A stretch of DNA of 64,000 bases from NCBI GenBank assembly GCA_040387815.1, contig JAZKDA010000120.1, positions 21,041 through 85,040 on the forward strand, given 5' to 3'. Of the stretch, positions 1-9,493 are shown piece by piece. The notes under the pieces are model-generated. The model saw only the letters and a program-made list of their open reading frames with translations. It searched no databases and was not told the DNA's origin. The translations under genes were made by a program, and so were the position numbers. Each line of letters opens with the position of its first letter. The stretch's first letter is position 1. The DNA is from Pseudomonadota bacterium. Lineage in GTDB: Bacteria > Pseudomonadota > Gammaproteobacteria > Burkholderiales > Burkholderiaceae_C.

Positions 1-2
1 CG

Positions 3-272
3 GCCGACTGGATCGAGGCCCTGACCCGTGCCGACGTGCCCTTCGGCCGCGTCAACAGCCTCGAAGACCTGCTGACCGATCCGCACCTGGAAGGCGTCGG
101 CTTCTGGCAGACGCGCGAGCACCCGACCGAAGGCACACTGCGCGTGCCGTCCCCGTCGATTGCAATGTCGGCCTCACCCCCCTCGGTGCGCAGCCTGCCG
201 CCGCGCCTGAACGAGCATGGCGCACAGATCCTGGCCGAACTGGGGCTTGCGCCGCAAACCCGGGCGGGCTGA
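3..272 (+). CDS. CaiB/BaiF (family III) CoA-transferase, 3' part only (runs off window edge)
   Basis: Open frame from window edge ADWIEALTRADVPFGRVNSLEDLLTDPHL...PPRLNEHGAQILAELGL, typical family III C-terminus. Confidence 0.85.
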   Translation, partial: ADWIEALTRADVPFGRVNSLEDLLTDPHLEGVGFWQTREHPTEGTLRVPSPSIAMSASPPSVRSLPPRLNEHGAQILAELGLAPQTRAG

Positions 273-311
273 GCACGCCGGCGCACTTACAACAACCCGC
301 AAGGAGACACC

Positions 312-1283
312 ATGCAACGTAGAAGCCTGATGGGCGCCGCCCTGGGCCTGACCGCCCCCTGGCTCGCCGCCGTGCCGGCGCTGGCACAGTCCTGGCCGTC
401 ACAGCCAATCCGCCTGGTCTCGCCCTCTCCGCCCGGCGGCGCCGCCGACGTGGCCACGCGCCTGATCGGCAAGCACCTGGCCGAGCTGCTCGGACAGCCC
501 GTGATCACCGACAACAAGCCGGGCGCCAACGGCGTGGTCGCGGGGCTCGAAGCCCTGCGCGCCGGCACCGACGGCTACACGGTGTTCATGGGCAGCACCA
601 CCAGCCTGGTGGCCAACCCCTACCTGATGAAGTCGGTGCCCTTCGAACCGGCCACCGACTTCGCGCCGGTCTCGCTCATCGCGGCCCTGCCCTTCGTGCT
701 GGTGGTCCACCCCGGCTTGCCAGTCAAGTCGGTGAAGGATCTCGTGGCCTATGCCAAGGCTCGGCCTGGCAAGGTGAGCTTCGCCAGTGCCAATGCCACC
801 AGCCGTGTCGCGGCCTCGAGCTTCGCCCAATCCACTGGCGTCGAATTGCTGCACGTTCCCTACAAAAGCGCGCCGGCCTCGCTCAACGACGTGGTGACCG
901 GCCAGGTCGACATCGCGTTCGTGGACTATTCATCCGCCCGGGCCTTTCTCCAGGGCGGGCGGCTGCGGCTGCTGGGCGTCACCTCGGCCAAACGCTCTCC
1001 CCTCATGCCCGACACGCCCACGATCGCCGAATCGGGCGTGCCCGGCTACGAGGTGATCGGATGGACTGCGATGTCGGTGCCCACCGGCACCGACCCGGCC
1101 ATCGTGCGGCGGCTCAACGCCGAGATGCAGAAGGTGTTGTCACGCAAGGACGTGCAGCAACAGCTGGCCAGCCTCGGGCAGGACGTCATCCTGGGCACAC
1201 CCGAGGAGTTCGCATCTTTCATGCGCAGCGAACGCCCGCGCTGGGGCCGCATGATCCGCGCTGCCGGACTCCAGCCGGAATAG
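312..1283 (+). CDS. Bug/TctC tripartite tricarboxylate transporter substrate-binding protein
   Basis: Signal peptide; WPSQPIRLV, PPGGAAD, NKPGANG, HVPYK motifs; RBS AAGGAG. Confidence 0.95.
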   Translation: MQRRSLMGAALGLTAPWLAAVPALAQSWPSQPIRLVSPSPPGGAADVATRLIGKHLAELLGQPVITDNKPGANGVVAGLEALRAGTDGYTVFMGSTTSLVANPYLMKSVPFEPATDFAPVSLIAALPFVLVVHPGLPVKSVKDLVAYAKARPGKVSFASANATSRVAASSFAQSTGVELLHVPYKSAPASLNDVVTGQVDIAFVDYSSARAFLQGGRLRLLGVTSAKRSPLMPDTPTIAESGVPGYEVIGWTAMSVPTGTDPAIVRRLNAEMQKVLSRKDVQQQLASLGQDVILGTPEEFASFMRSERPRWGRMIRAAGLQPE

Positions 1284-1378
1284 TCGAGCCGCCTGAGCCG
1301 GACAACGTCCTTCCCCTGGACGGGGAACACGGTTTCTGTAATCATTTGTAACTTCAATGATTGCAGATGGAGCCGCGA

Positions 1379-2857
1379 ATGCGTGTGGGACTTTTTGGCA
1401 TGGTGCTGGCCGCCGGCGCCGCCGTGGCGACGGCGCAGACCGTCACCGAGCCGCAACGGGTGAAACCGGCGGACGCCGGCATGGACTGCGCCGCCATCAC
1501 GGGCGAGAACAAGGCGATGGCGGACCTGATCGCGGCGGGCGACCCCACGCGCACCGTCGGACAGGCGGTGGCCGGCGGCACGGCCAACGTCGGCGGACAG
1601 ATCGCGGGCGCCGTCGTGGCGCAGTCGGGCATGTTCGGCGCGTTCGGCGGGCTGGTGAGCAAGCTCACGGGCAGCATTGCGCAGCAGCAGGTCGAGCAGC
1701 GCATGGCGCCGGATGCCGCCGCGCAGCAACGCGCCGGGCTGGCCCGCGACCGGCAGGGTTTTCTCAATGCCTTGGCCGCGGCCAAGGCCTGCCGGGCGGA
1801 CGACCCCTCGTTCGCCGGCAACGCCTTGTCGGCCGAGGAGTTCCAACGCGTGGCGGGCCTGGGGGCCGGGCCCGCCGGCGCGGCGACCGCGTTGGCGCCC
1901 CTGACGATGGCGCAGACGCAGACAGCGCTGGCCGAACCGGTGCCACCGCTGGCCGCGACCTTTCCCTTGCAGGGCGAGCTCAAGCTGGCCGGGCGGCGCT
2001 TTTACATCGCTGAGTTCCGGGTGTTGTTCGAGGTGGGGGGCCGGGTGTCGGCCAATACACGCGCCGCCTACCTGGGCGGCACCAACTACGGCGCGACCCG
2101 ATCGACGATCCGCTACGCGCTTGCACAGCCGGACGTAGCCGTGATGCAAGCCATCACCGACCGGGCCTGGGCCGACTTCCAGCAACGGGTCGCGGCCGCT
2201 GGCGTGAAGATCGAGCCGCGCGCGACTTTCGTGGCACAGCACGGCGAGGTCTACGCGGCCACCGAACCCGCGAGCACGGCCGCTGCGCCGGTGACGGTCG
2301 AACAGAACCTGGGGCACACCGAGCGCAAATACATGGTGTTCGCCCCCACCGGGATGACCCTTCACTCCCGCGGCTTTGCCGGGCTGGGCGCGGGCAATAT
2401 CGGCAAGCGCATGGAGTTCATCAAGGGCCAGATGGACGGTTTGTCGGTGAGCGTCGCGGTCAACATCGCGGCGCTGGAATCCTCGGGCTCGGGCTCGTCG
2501 CTGTTCAACCGCGATGGCGCCAGCACGGGCGCCGGCGCGGGGATGGCGGTGGTCTCGCCGCCCGACGGAGTGGTGGCGCAGGTGCATGCGGATTCCAGCA
2601 GCCTGCGCCTGGCGCAGCCGGTGGCGGTGCCCGGCGCTTTTGCCCGCATGCGCGAGGTGGGCGGCTACGACACCACCAAGGACGGCGTGGCGCGGTCGAT
2701 GCAGATCCTGAGCAACATGGCCGGCGTGGCCGCCAACAACAGCAAGACGGTGGAGATGCAGGTCGACCTCGACGGCCAGGCCACGCCCAGGATGGTGCTG
2801 CAGGGGCTGACGGGGTTCAACCAGGCGCTGGTCGAGAAGTTGGCGGCGATTCGCTGA
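1379..2857 (+). CDS. Hypothetical exported protein with Gly/Ala-rich N-terminal region
   Basis: Long ORF with host-like codon bias and signal peptide MRVGLFGMVLAAGAAVATAQ; start could be 1367. Confidence 0.8.
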   Translation: MRVGLFGMVLAAGAAVATAQTVTEPQRVKPADAGMDCAAITGENKAMADLIAAGDPTRTVGQAVAGGTANVGGQIAGAVVAQSGMFGAFGGLVSKLTGSIAQQQVEQRMAPDAAAQQRAGLARDRQGFLNALAAAKACRADDPSFAGNALSAEEFQRVAGLGAGPAGAATALAPLTMAQTQTALAEPVPPLAATFPLQGELKLAGRRFYIAEFRVLFEVGGRVSANTRAAYLGGTNYGATRSTIRYALAQPDVAVMQAITDRAWADFQQRVAAAGVKIEPRATFVAQHGEVYAATEPASTAAAPVTVEQNLGHTERKYMVFAPTGMTLHSRGFAGLGAGNIGKRMEFIKGQMDGLSVSVAVNIAALESSGSGSSLFNRDGASTGAGAGMAVVSPPDGVVAQVHADSSSLRLAQPVAVPGAFARMREVGGYDTTKDGVARSMQILSNMAGVAANNSKTVEMQVDLDGQATPRMVLQGLTGFNQALVEKLAAIR

Positions 2858-3764
2858 GGTCCGCGCGCGGGGGGCTGCCGCGAGCACCCCGCTTGCTCGC
2901 GCCTGCGGCCTCGTCCAGCGCCGCGATGAAGTCGATCACCGCGTGGTTGAAGGCATCGTTGCGGTCACCCACGACCATGTGCCCGGCGCTGGCGATGTCC
3001 ACCACGTTGGCATGCGGGATGCGCTCGGACAGGTCGCGCACGCTGTCCGAAGAGATCACATTGCTCTGGCGGCCCCAGACCAGCATCACCGGCACCTTGA
3101 CGTGGTGCGCAGCCTGCCCCATCGCTTCCTCATGGACATCGTGTGCTTCTTCGTTCACGCCCAGGATGAAGCGCGGATCCCAGTGCCAGTACAGCCGGCC
3201 ATCGTCGCCGTGGCGCAGGTTCTTCATCAGCCCCTCGGGCCGGGTGGCGCGCTGCCGATTGGGCGTGTAGTCGGCAATGGCCGCGGCGGCTTCGTCCAGC
3301 GAGGCAAAGCCGCCCATATGACGGGTCATGAAGTCGCGGATCTGGCCGACGCCTTCCTTTTCCAGGCGCGGGGCCACGTCCACCAGCACCAGCCCCCGCG
3401 CCGGGGCCGAGCGCCCGTCGCGCGCGGCCTGGCCGATCGCCAGCAGCGAGGCCGCCCCGCCCAGGGAAGCGCCCACCAGCACCGGCGGCTGCTGCAGCGA
3501 TTCGGTGATGGCCTGAACGTCGGCGGCGAACGCCTGCGGGTCGTAGTCGCCGTCGTCGGCCCAGTCGCTGTCGCCATGACCGCGCAGGTCCACCGAGAAC
3601 GCCCGGTGGCCCGAGCGGGCCAGCGCCGTCAAGGCGCCGGACCAAGCGTGGCGAGTCTGTCCGCCGCCGTGCAGGAGGATGACCGGCACCCCATCTTCGG
3701 GGCCGGCCACATCGGCGGCCAGCGACAAGCCGGCGCCCGGAATGCGGGTGGTGTGAATCTCCAT
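2817..3764 (-). CDS. Alpha/beta hydrolase
   Basis: HGGG oxyanion motif, DLRGHG, GASLGG nucleophile elbow, C-terminal AGHM histidine. Confidence 0.9.
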   Translation of the reverse strand: MEIHTTRIPGAGLSLAADVAGPEDGVPVILLHGGGQTRHAWSGALTALARSGHRAFSVDLRGHGDSDWADDGDYDPQAFAADVQAITESLQQPPVLVGASLGGAASLLAIGQAARDGRSAPARGLVLVDVAPRLEKEGVGQIRDFMTRHMGGFASLDEAAAAIADYTPNRQRATRPEGLMKNLRHGDDGRLYWHWDPRFILGVNEEAHDVHEEAMGQAAHHVKVPVMLVWGRQSNVISSDSVRDLSERIPHANVVDIASAGHMVVGDRNDAFNHAVIDFIAALDEAAGASKRGARGSPPRADLSESPPTSRPAPG

Positions 3765-3864
3765 GGCCCGACTCTAGCGCTGGGCGAGACGCAAGGCTGT
3801 CGCCTTGGCGCGCCTGGGTACCGGCGGCAATGCGACCACCGCGCTTGCCGGGGCGGCCTTCGGG

Positions 3865-5400
3865 TCACCCAGCGTGCGTGATTGACAGGTCGCTCAGGCG
3901 CCGCCGCTCCAGCTTGCCGCTGGCCGAGCGCGGCAGCGTGTCGACGAAATGGATCGCGTCGGGCCGCTTGATGCGCCCGAGCCGCTCCTTGCAGTGGCGC
4001 GCCAGTTCACTGCGCAGCAACTGGGGCGCGACATCGCTGTCACGGTCCGGCACGACATAGGCCACTGGCCGCTCACCGAAACGCTCGTCGGGTCTGCCGA
4101 CCACGGCACAGTCGTAGACACCTGCGACCTCACGCAAGGCGGCCTCGATCTCCTGGGGGTAGATGTTCACGCCGCCGGAGATGATGGTGTCGTCGAGGCG
4201 ATCCGTGAGGTAGAGGTAGCCCTGCGCGTCCACATGGCCGATGTCGCCGAAGGTCTGCAGGCCCTCTGGCAGCGCTTGCCGGGCGAGCTTGTCGGGGGCT
4301 TTGTAGTAGGTGAAGGGCGCAACGCCCGAAAAGCAGATCAGCCCGGTGGCCCCGGTCGCCACTTCATGGCCCTGTTCGTCGACGATGTGCAGCTGGCCCT
4401 TGCGCGCGCGGCCGACCGAGCCGGGGTGCGCGATCGCCTCGTGCGAATCGATCAAGGTCAGGCCCACGCCCTCACTGCCCGAGTAGTACTCGAGCAGGAT
4501 CGGGCCCCACCACGCGATCATGGCGGCCTTGAGCTCGGGCGGACAGGGCGCCGCGCCGTGGATGGCCGTACGGTGTGCCGGTGCGTGATAAAGCCGGCGG
4601 CGGGCACCGGACAACGCCAACAGTCGGCGGAACATGTCGGGCACCCACTGGCTGTGGGTGATAGCCTCGCGCTCGATCAGGTCCAGTGCCGCGGCGGCGT
4701 CGAAGCGGTCCATGACAAACACGGTGCCGCCGCTGGCGGTGACGGCCAAGGCCACCCGCAGCGGCGCCGCATGGTACAGGGGCGCGGTGGACAGGTAGCG
4801 CACATCGGCGCCGCCGATGCCAAACAGCTCGATCAGGTCGGCCGCGAAAGGCGGCGTGCCGCGCCAGTCAGGCGGCAGCAGCGGCCGCAGCACGCCCTTG
4901 GGCGAGCCGGTGGTGCCCGAGGTGAACATCATCAGCGCGCCGGGCGGTTCGTCGGCCACCGGTTCGGGCGATGCGGCGGCCAGCAAGGGACGCATCTCGA
5001 CGAAGCCCGGCAGCGGTCCGCGCAGCGCGAGCAATCGGGTGGCTTCAGGCCATGCGATCGCGCGCACCAGATGCGCCAAGGCCGCGTCGACCACGACGGC
5101 GCGGGCATCGCTGTCTTGCACCAGCTGCTTGATCTCGCCCGGCGTCAGGGCGGTCGAAATCGGCGAGAAGTACAGGCCGGTGCGCCAGGCGGCCCAGGCC
5201 ATGGCCAGCGCCTCGGGCCGATTGCCCATGAGTATGGCGATGTGATCGCCTCGCACAAGGCCAAGGCCCCGCAGGACCGCCGCCATGCGGTTGGCCAGCG
5301 CTTCCAGCTCGCCGTAACTCAGGCGGTCCGTGCCACAGACCACCGCCTGTCGCTGGGGCATGGCGGCGGCGTGCCGCCGCAGATCGTGAATGGGCTTCAT
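3865..5400 (-). CDS. Acyl-CoA synthetase (AMP-binding family)
   Basis: FTSGTTGSPKG, YYSGSEG, GD..GYLYLTDR, SGGVNIYP, SASGK motifs. Confidence 0.95.
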   Translation of the reverse strand: MKPIHDLRRHAAAMPQRQAVVCGTDRLSYGELEALANRMAAVLRGLGLVRGDHIAILMGNRPEALAMAWAAWRTGLYFSPISTALTPGEIKQLVQDSDARAVVVDAALAHLVRAIAWPEATRLLALRGPLPGFVEMRPLLAAASPEPVADEPPGALMMFTSGTTGSPKGVLRPLLPPDWRGTPPFAADLIELFGIGGADVRYLSTAPLYHAAPLRVALAVTASGGTVFVMDRFDAAAALDLIEREAITHSQWVPDMFRRLLALSGARRRLYHAPAHRTAIHGAAPCPPELKAAMIAWWGPILLEYYSGSEGVGLTLIDSHEAIAHPGSVGRARKGQLHIVDEQGHEVATGATGLICFSGVAPFTYYKAPDKLARQALPEGLQTFGDIGHVDAQGYLYLTDRLDDTIISGGVNIYPQEIEAALREVAGVYDCAVVGRPDERFGERPVAYVVPDRDSDVAPQLLRSELARHCKERLGRIKRPDAIHFVDTLPRSASGKLERRRLSDLSITHAG

Positions 5401-5463
5401 GGTCGGCCCGATTGTGGGTGAAATGCCTGCCGTTGAAGCGGGACAACAGCCCCTCTTTTCAGC

Positions 5464-6366
5464 TCATCCAGTGCTGCGCTGCGCCTTGTCGCGATCAGAG
5501 CTGGCCCGCACCTTGGCCTTGGCCTCTGCCCAGTCCTCATGGGTGAGCTTGCCCAGGGCAGCGAAGGTGCTCGGAGCGGCCAGGTGGTGACCGCCGTCGA
5601 TGGCGATGTTCTGGCCGGTGAGGTATTCGCAGCCGTCGGCCTGCAGGAAGGTGACCAGGTTGCACAGCTCGTGCATGCGGCCGAAGCGCTGCATGGGCAC
5701 TTCCTCGTCGGAGGCGGCGCCGACATTGGCCTTGGGCGTGGGCGCGAGCTTTTCCCAGGCGGTTTCGGTCGGGAAGGGGCCGGGGGCGACCGCGTTGACG
5801 CGGATGTTGTGCTTGCCCCATTCGACCGCCAGCGACATGGTCATGGCGTGGATGGCGGTCTTGGACATGACCGAGGGCAATACATAGGCGGAGCCGGTCC
5901 AGACCCAGGTGACTAGCATGCTCACCACCGAGCCGGTCAGGCCCTGGGCGATCCAGCGCCGGCCGCAGGCCAGGGTGGAGAACAGCGCGCCGTCCATGAC
6001 GGTGGAGCGGACCGCCTCGAAGCCGCGCGGGCTGATGTCCAGCGAGGGCGAGATGAAGTTGGCGGCGGCGTTGTTGATCAGGCCGGTGAGCGGTCCGTCG
6101 GCCCAGATCTTGTCCATCATGGCCTCGATGGCTTCGGCCGAGCGCACGTCGCAGATCTGGTAGGCGATGGTGCCGCCGCTCTTGGCCAGCGCGCCGATGT
6201 CCTTGACTGCTTCCTGCAGCACCGCTTCGCGGCGGCCGCAGATGTAGACGGCCGCGCCGTGGGCCACGAAGTGCTTTGCCAGCTCTTTGCCCAGGCCGGT
6301 ACCGCCGCCGGTGATCAGGATGCGCTTGCCGGCCAGGACGTCGGGGCGGTGGGGATTCGATTGCAT
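5464..6366 (-). CDS. SDR oxidoreductase, 2,4-dienoyl-CoA reductase-like
   Basis: TGGGTGLG, ICGRR, NNAAANFISP, PGPFPT; lacks canonical YxxxK as in DECR-type SDRs. Confidence 0.85.
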   Translation of the reverse strand: MQSNPHRPDVLAGKRILITGGGTGLGKELAKHFVAHGAAVYICGRREAVLQEAVKDIGALAKSGGTIAYQICDVRSAEAIEAMMDKIWADGPLTGLINNAAANFISPSLDISPRGFEAVRSTVMDGALFSTLACGRRWIAQGLTGSVVSMLVTWVWTGSAYVLPSVMSKTAIHAMTMSLAVEWGKHNIRVNAVAPGPFPTETAWEKLAPTPKANVGAASDEEVPMQRFGRMHELCNLVTFLQADGCEYLTGQNIAIDGGHHLAAPSTFAALGKLTHEDWAEAKAKVRASSDRDKAQRSTG

Positions 6367-6435
6367 GCTTTTCTCCTCGGAGGGGGCTGGGTTCGGGTCG
6401 GGTCGGGCGGGTCGCTTGGGGCAGTCAGACCTGGC

Positions 6436-7605
6436 TCAGCCGGTCTTGCTCTTGTTGCGAAAGCCCGAGAACATGTCGCGGCCGATGATGTGCTTCATGA
6501 CCTCGATGGAGCCGCCGGCGATCTTGACGATGCGGGCGTCGGCGTAGGCGCGGGAGATCGGGTACTCCCACATATAGCCCCAGCCGCCGAACAGCTGCAG
6601 GCACTCGTCGACCACCTTGCAGTGCATGTTGGACAGCCACATCTTGGCCATGGCGGCGTCGATGGGTGAGAGCTCGCCGCGCATGAAGGCGGCGATGCAG
6701 CGGTCGGTGAAGACGCGGCCCACGGCGGCCTCGGTCTTGAGCTCGGCCAGCTTGAACTGCGTGTTCTGGAAGTCGCCGATGGTGCCGCCGAAGGCCTTCC
6801 GGTTGCCGGTGTAGTCGACGGTGTAGTCGATCACGGTCTCGGCCACGGTGGCCGAGCGGATGGCCTGGGCCAGGCGCTCCTGCGCCAGCTTGGTCATCAT
6901 CAGCTCGAAGCCCTTGCCCTCCTCGCCCAGCATCGCCGAGGCCGGCACGCGCAGGTCGTCGAAGAACAGCTCGGAGGTGTCCTGGGCCTTCATGCCCAGC
7001 TTTTCCAGGTTCTTGCCGCGGCGAAAGCCCGGCAGGCTGGTGTCGATCAGGAACAAGGTGACGCCCTTGGCGCCGGCCTGCGTGTCGGTCTTGGTGGCCA
7101 GCACCAGCACGTCGCACAACTGGCCGTTCGAGATGAACACCTTCTGGCCGCTGATGACGAAATCGTCGCCGTCGCGCACGGCGCGGGTGCGGATGGCCTT
7201 GAGGTCGGAGCCGGCATGCGGCTCGGTCATGCCCAGCGAGCCGATGGCCTCGCCGGCCACCATCTTGGGCAGCCAGTGCTTCTTCTGCTCCTCGGTGCCG
7301 AAGCTGGCGACGTAAGTGGCCACCAGGTCGCAGTGGATCAGGAAGCCCGGCCCGGTGAAGCCGGAGCGGGCCATTTCCTCGAACACGACCACGTCGAACA
7401 GGTAGTCGGCGCCGGCGCCGCCGTACTGCTCGGGCACGGTGCAGCAAAGCAGGCCGGCCTCACCGGCCTTGCGCCACAGATCGCGCGGCACGATCCCATC
7501 GTGCTCCCACTGGGCGTGGAATGGCGCGATTTCCTTTTCGATGAAACGCCGCACCATGGTGCGAAAGCCTTCATGGTCGGCGTTGAACAGTTCGCGTTGG
7601 AGCAT
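6436..7605 (-). CDS. Acyl-CoA dehydrogenase (LCAD-like)
   Basis: MTEPHAGSD, GQKVFISNG, QERL, QLFGGWGY, IAGGSIE motifs. Confidence 0.95.
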   Translation of the reverse strand: MLQRELFNADHEGFRTMVRRFIEKEIAPFHAQWEHDGIVPRDLWRKAGEAGLLCCTVPEQYGGAGADYLFDVVVFEEMARSGFTGPGFLIHCDLVATYVASFGTEEQKKHWLPKMVAGEAIGSLGMTEPHAGSDLKAIRTRAVRDGDDFVISGQKVFISNGQLCDVLVLATKTDTQAGAKGVTLFLIDTSLPGFRRGKNLEKLGMKAQDTSELFFDDLRVPASAMLGEEGKGFELMMTKLAQERLAQAIRSATVAETVIDYTVDYTGNRKAFGGTIGDFQNTQFKLAELKTEAAVGRVFTDRCIAAFMRGELSPIDAAMAKMWLSNMHCKVVDECLQLFGGWGYMWEYPISRAYADARIVKIAGGSIEVMKHIIGRDMFSGFRNKSKTG

Positions 7606-7684
7606 GTGGTGCTCGCTTTCTTCGGATCAATAGGATGTGGAGAGGTCTGGCACCTTCTCGGCGATCAACGACAAGATGCACACG

Positions 7685-7698
7685 GTACGCATGTGTAC
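7685..7698. promoter_or_regulatory. GTAC-N6-GTAC operator (GTACGCATGTGTAC)
   Basis: Palindrome ~80 bp upstream of the ACAD start; one of 12 copies. Confidence 0.75.
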
Positions 7699-7766
7699 TG
7701 TATCACCGCGCCCCGTCCGCAACAGCGGGAGAACCCCAATGCCATAAGGACAAGCGGCGCTGCCGG

Positions 7767-8258
7767 TCAGCGCCGCGGCATGCCCGGCAGCGCCAGTGCG
7801 TGGTCGCTGCCTGTGTCCGGCAGCAGCGGGCCGCGCCGGAACACGCCGCTGGTGCGCACGGCCAGCTCGCCATCGGCATAGATCAGCCCTTGTGAAAACA
7901 CCAGGTTCTTCGTGACCTTCAGGATCTGCGCCCGGCCGTGGACCCAGCTGCCCAGCAGCGCCCGGCCGACGAAGTCCATCTGCAGGCTGATGGTCGGCAG
8001 GAACTGGCGCGGGATGTCGGTCTGGTACTGCGCGGCGGTCGAAATCTGGATATCGGCGAAGGTGCACAGCATGCCGCCGTGGCAGCCGCCGCCGGGGTTG
8101 GCATGATGGGGCAGCACCCGGAAGCCGAACTCGAGCGCGCCCTCGTGCCAACGGGCGAACAGCGGACCGCTGTGGGTGGCGAAGGTGCCGCCCGCGTCGA
8201 CCTGGGTCCATCCGGCGGGGGCGTCGACGGGAGGGTGTGCTTGCGTGACTTGGCTCAT
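7767..8258 (-). CDS. PaaI family thioesterase
   Basis: HANPGGGCHGGMLCTFAD hot-dog motif; ATG at 8258 overlaps upstream stop. Confidence 0.9.
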   Translation of the reverse strand: MSQVTQAHPPVDAPAGWTQVDAGGTFATHSGPLFARWHEGALEFGFRVLPHHANPGGGCHGGMLCTFADIQISTAAQYQTDIPRQFLPTISLQMDFVGRALLGSWVHGRAQILKVTKNLVFSQGLIYADGELAVRTSGVFRRGPLLPDTGSDHALALPGMPRR

Positions 8259-9493
8259 AGTTTCTTGCGCATCTGGGCCCAGGCTTCCACCAGGGCCGGG
8301 CGGTGGGCCGGGTCGGCGATGGCGATCAGGGCCTCGGCGCGGGCATTCAGGCCCAGGCCGCGCACCTGCGCCACACCATGCTCGGTGACCACCGCATCGG
8401 TGAGGTAGCGCGGCACCGTGACCAGCGCCTGGTCGGTGATGGCCGGCACGATGCGCGAGACACTGCCGCCGCGCGCGGTGGAAGGCAGGCAAGTGACCAG
8501 CCGTCCCCCGGGCGAACGCTGCGCACCCTGCGAATAGCAGGGCAGGCCGCCCGAACCGGCCTGGATGACGCCGGCCGTGCGCTCGGCGTTGACCTGGCCC
8601 AGCAGGTCGACCTCCACGCCGCCATTGACGGCGATGAAGCGTTCGGTCGCCGCGACGCGGTCGGGGTCATGGGTCTGGCCGACGTCAGCCAGGTACAGAT
8701 GCGGCAGGGACGCGGCGAATTCGCGCAATGCGGCGTCGCCCAACACGACGCCGGTGAGCATGCGGGCGTCGGGGTCCATTGCCCCCGCGTCCCACATGGT
8801 CCGCAGGGCCGAGGGCAGCATGCCGCCATGAAAGCGCAGGCGCCGGTGGTTGCCCAGCGCCTGGCCCAGCGACAGCGGCACCCCGCCGATGCCAAACTGC
8901 AGTGTGTCGCCGTCACGCACCAGGCCGGCCACATGGCGACCGATGGCGCGCTCGGTGTCGCCCAGCACCGGGTCGGCGAAATCGATGAGCGGCGTCTCGG
9001 CCTCGACGATGTGGTCGAGTTCGGAGATGTGAACGCGAAAGCTCGAGTCGAGCCGCGGCAGGGCCGGGTTGAGGTGGGCCACCCGCCGGCCGGCGCGCTG
9101 CCATACCAGCGGCACGAAGTCGCACGACAGGCCCGGCGCGCACCAGCCGTCGGCATCGGGCGGCGTGAGCTGGGCGATGGCCACGTCGAACACGGGCCCG
9201 TCACGCAACTCGCGCGCGATGCCCACGTAATCGAGCCCGATCACGTCGGCGCGGCCTTGCGCGATGCCCTTGCGCAGCGCCGGCGTCATGAACCAGCCCA
9301 GTTGCCGCGCCTCGGGATGGATGGCCAGGTAATCGGTGCGGTCGATGCCGGGAAACTGCACACTGGAGAAGGTGACCCCGCGCGCGCGCTCGGGATCGGC
9401 CAGCAGCTCCTGGTGCAGCAGGGTGGATTCGTTGCTCATGGCCGGCGCCCAGACCCGAAGGCCCGGCGCCAGCATGTCCACCAGCCGCTTCAT
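8255..9493 (-). CDS. Acetyl-CoA hydrolase/transferase family protein (4-hydroxybutyrate CoA-transferase-like)
   Basis: DGDTLQFGIGG, NGGVEVDLLGQVNAE, SRIVP, VVTEHGVA, RAEALIAIADP motifs. Confidence 0.9.
   Translation of the reverse strand: MKRLVDMLAPGLRVWAPAMSNESTLLHQELLADPERARGVTFSSVQFPGIDRTDYLAIHPEARQLGWFMTPALRKGIAQGRADVIGLDYVGIARELRDGPVFDVAIAQLTPPDADGWCAPGLSCDFVPLVWQRAGRRVAHLNPALPRLDSSFRVHISELDHIVEAETPLIDFADPVLGDTERAIGRHVAGLVRDGDTLQFGIGGVPLSLGQALGNHRRLRFHGGMLPSALRTMWDAGAMDPDARMLTGVVLGDAALREFAASLPHLYLADVGQTHDPDRVAATERFIAVNGGVEVDLLGQVNAERTAGVIQAGSGGLPCYSQGAQRSPGGRLVTCLPSTARGGSVSRIVPAITDQALVTVPRYLTDAVVTEHGVAQVRGLGLNARAEALIAIADPAHRPALVEAWAQMRKKL

Noticed and set aside
1046-2887. Long antisense or alternate-frame ORFs (also 16814-18769, 19624-21330, 26882-28615, 39438-41336, 44200-46089)
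   Set aside because: Shadow ORFs of high-GC genes; Arg/His/Gly-rich, no motifs, fully overlapping well-supported CDS
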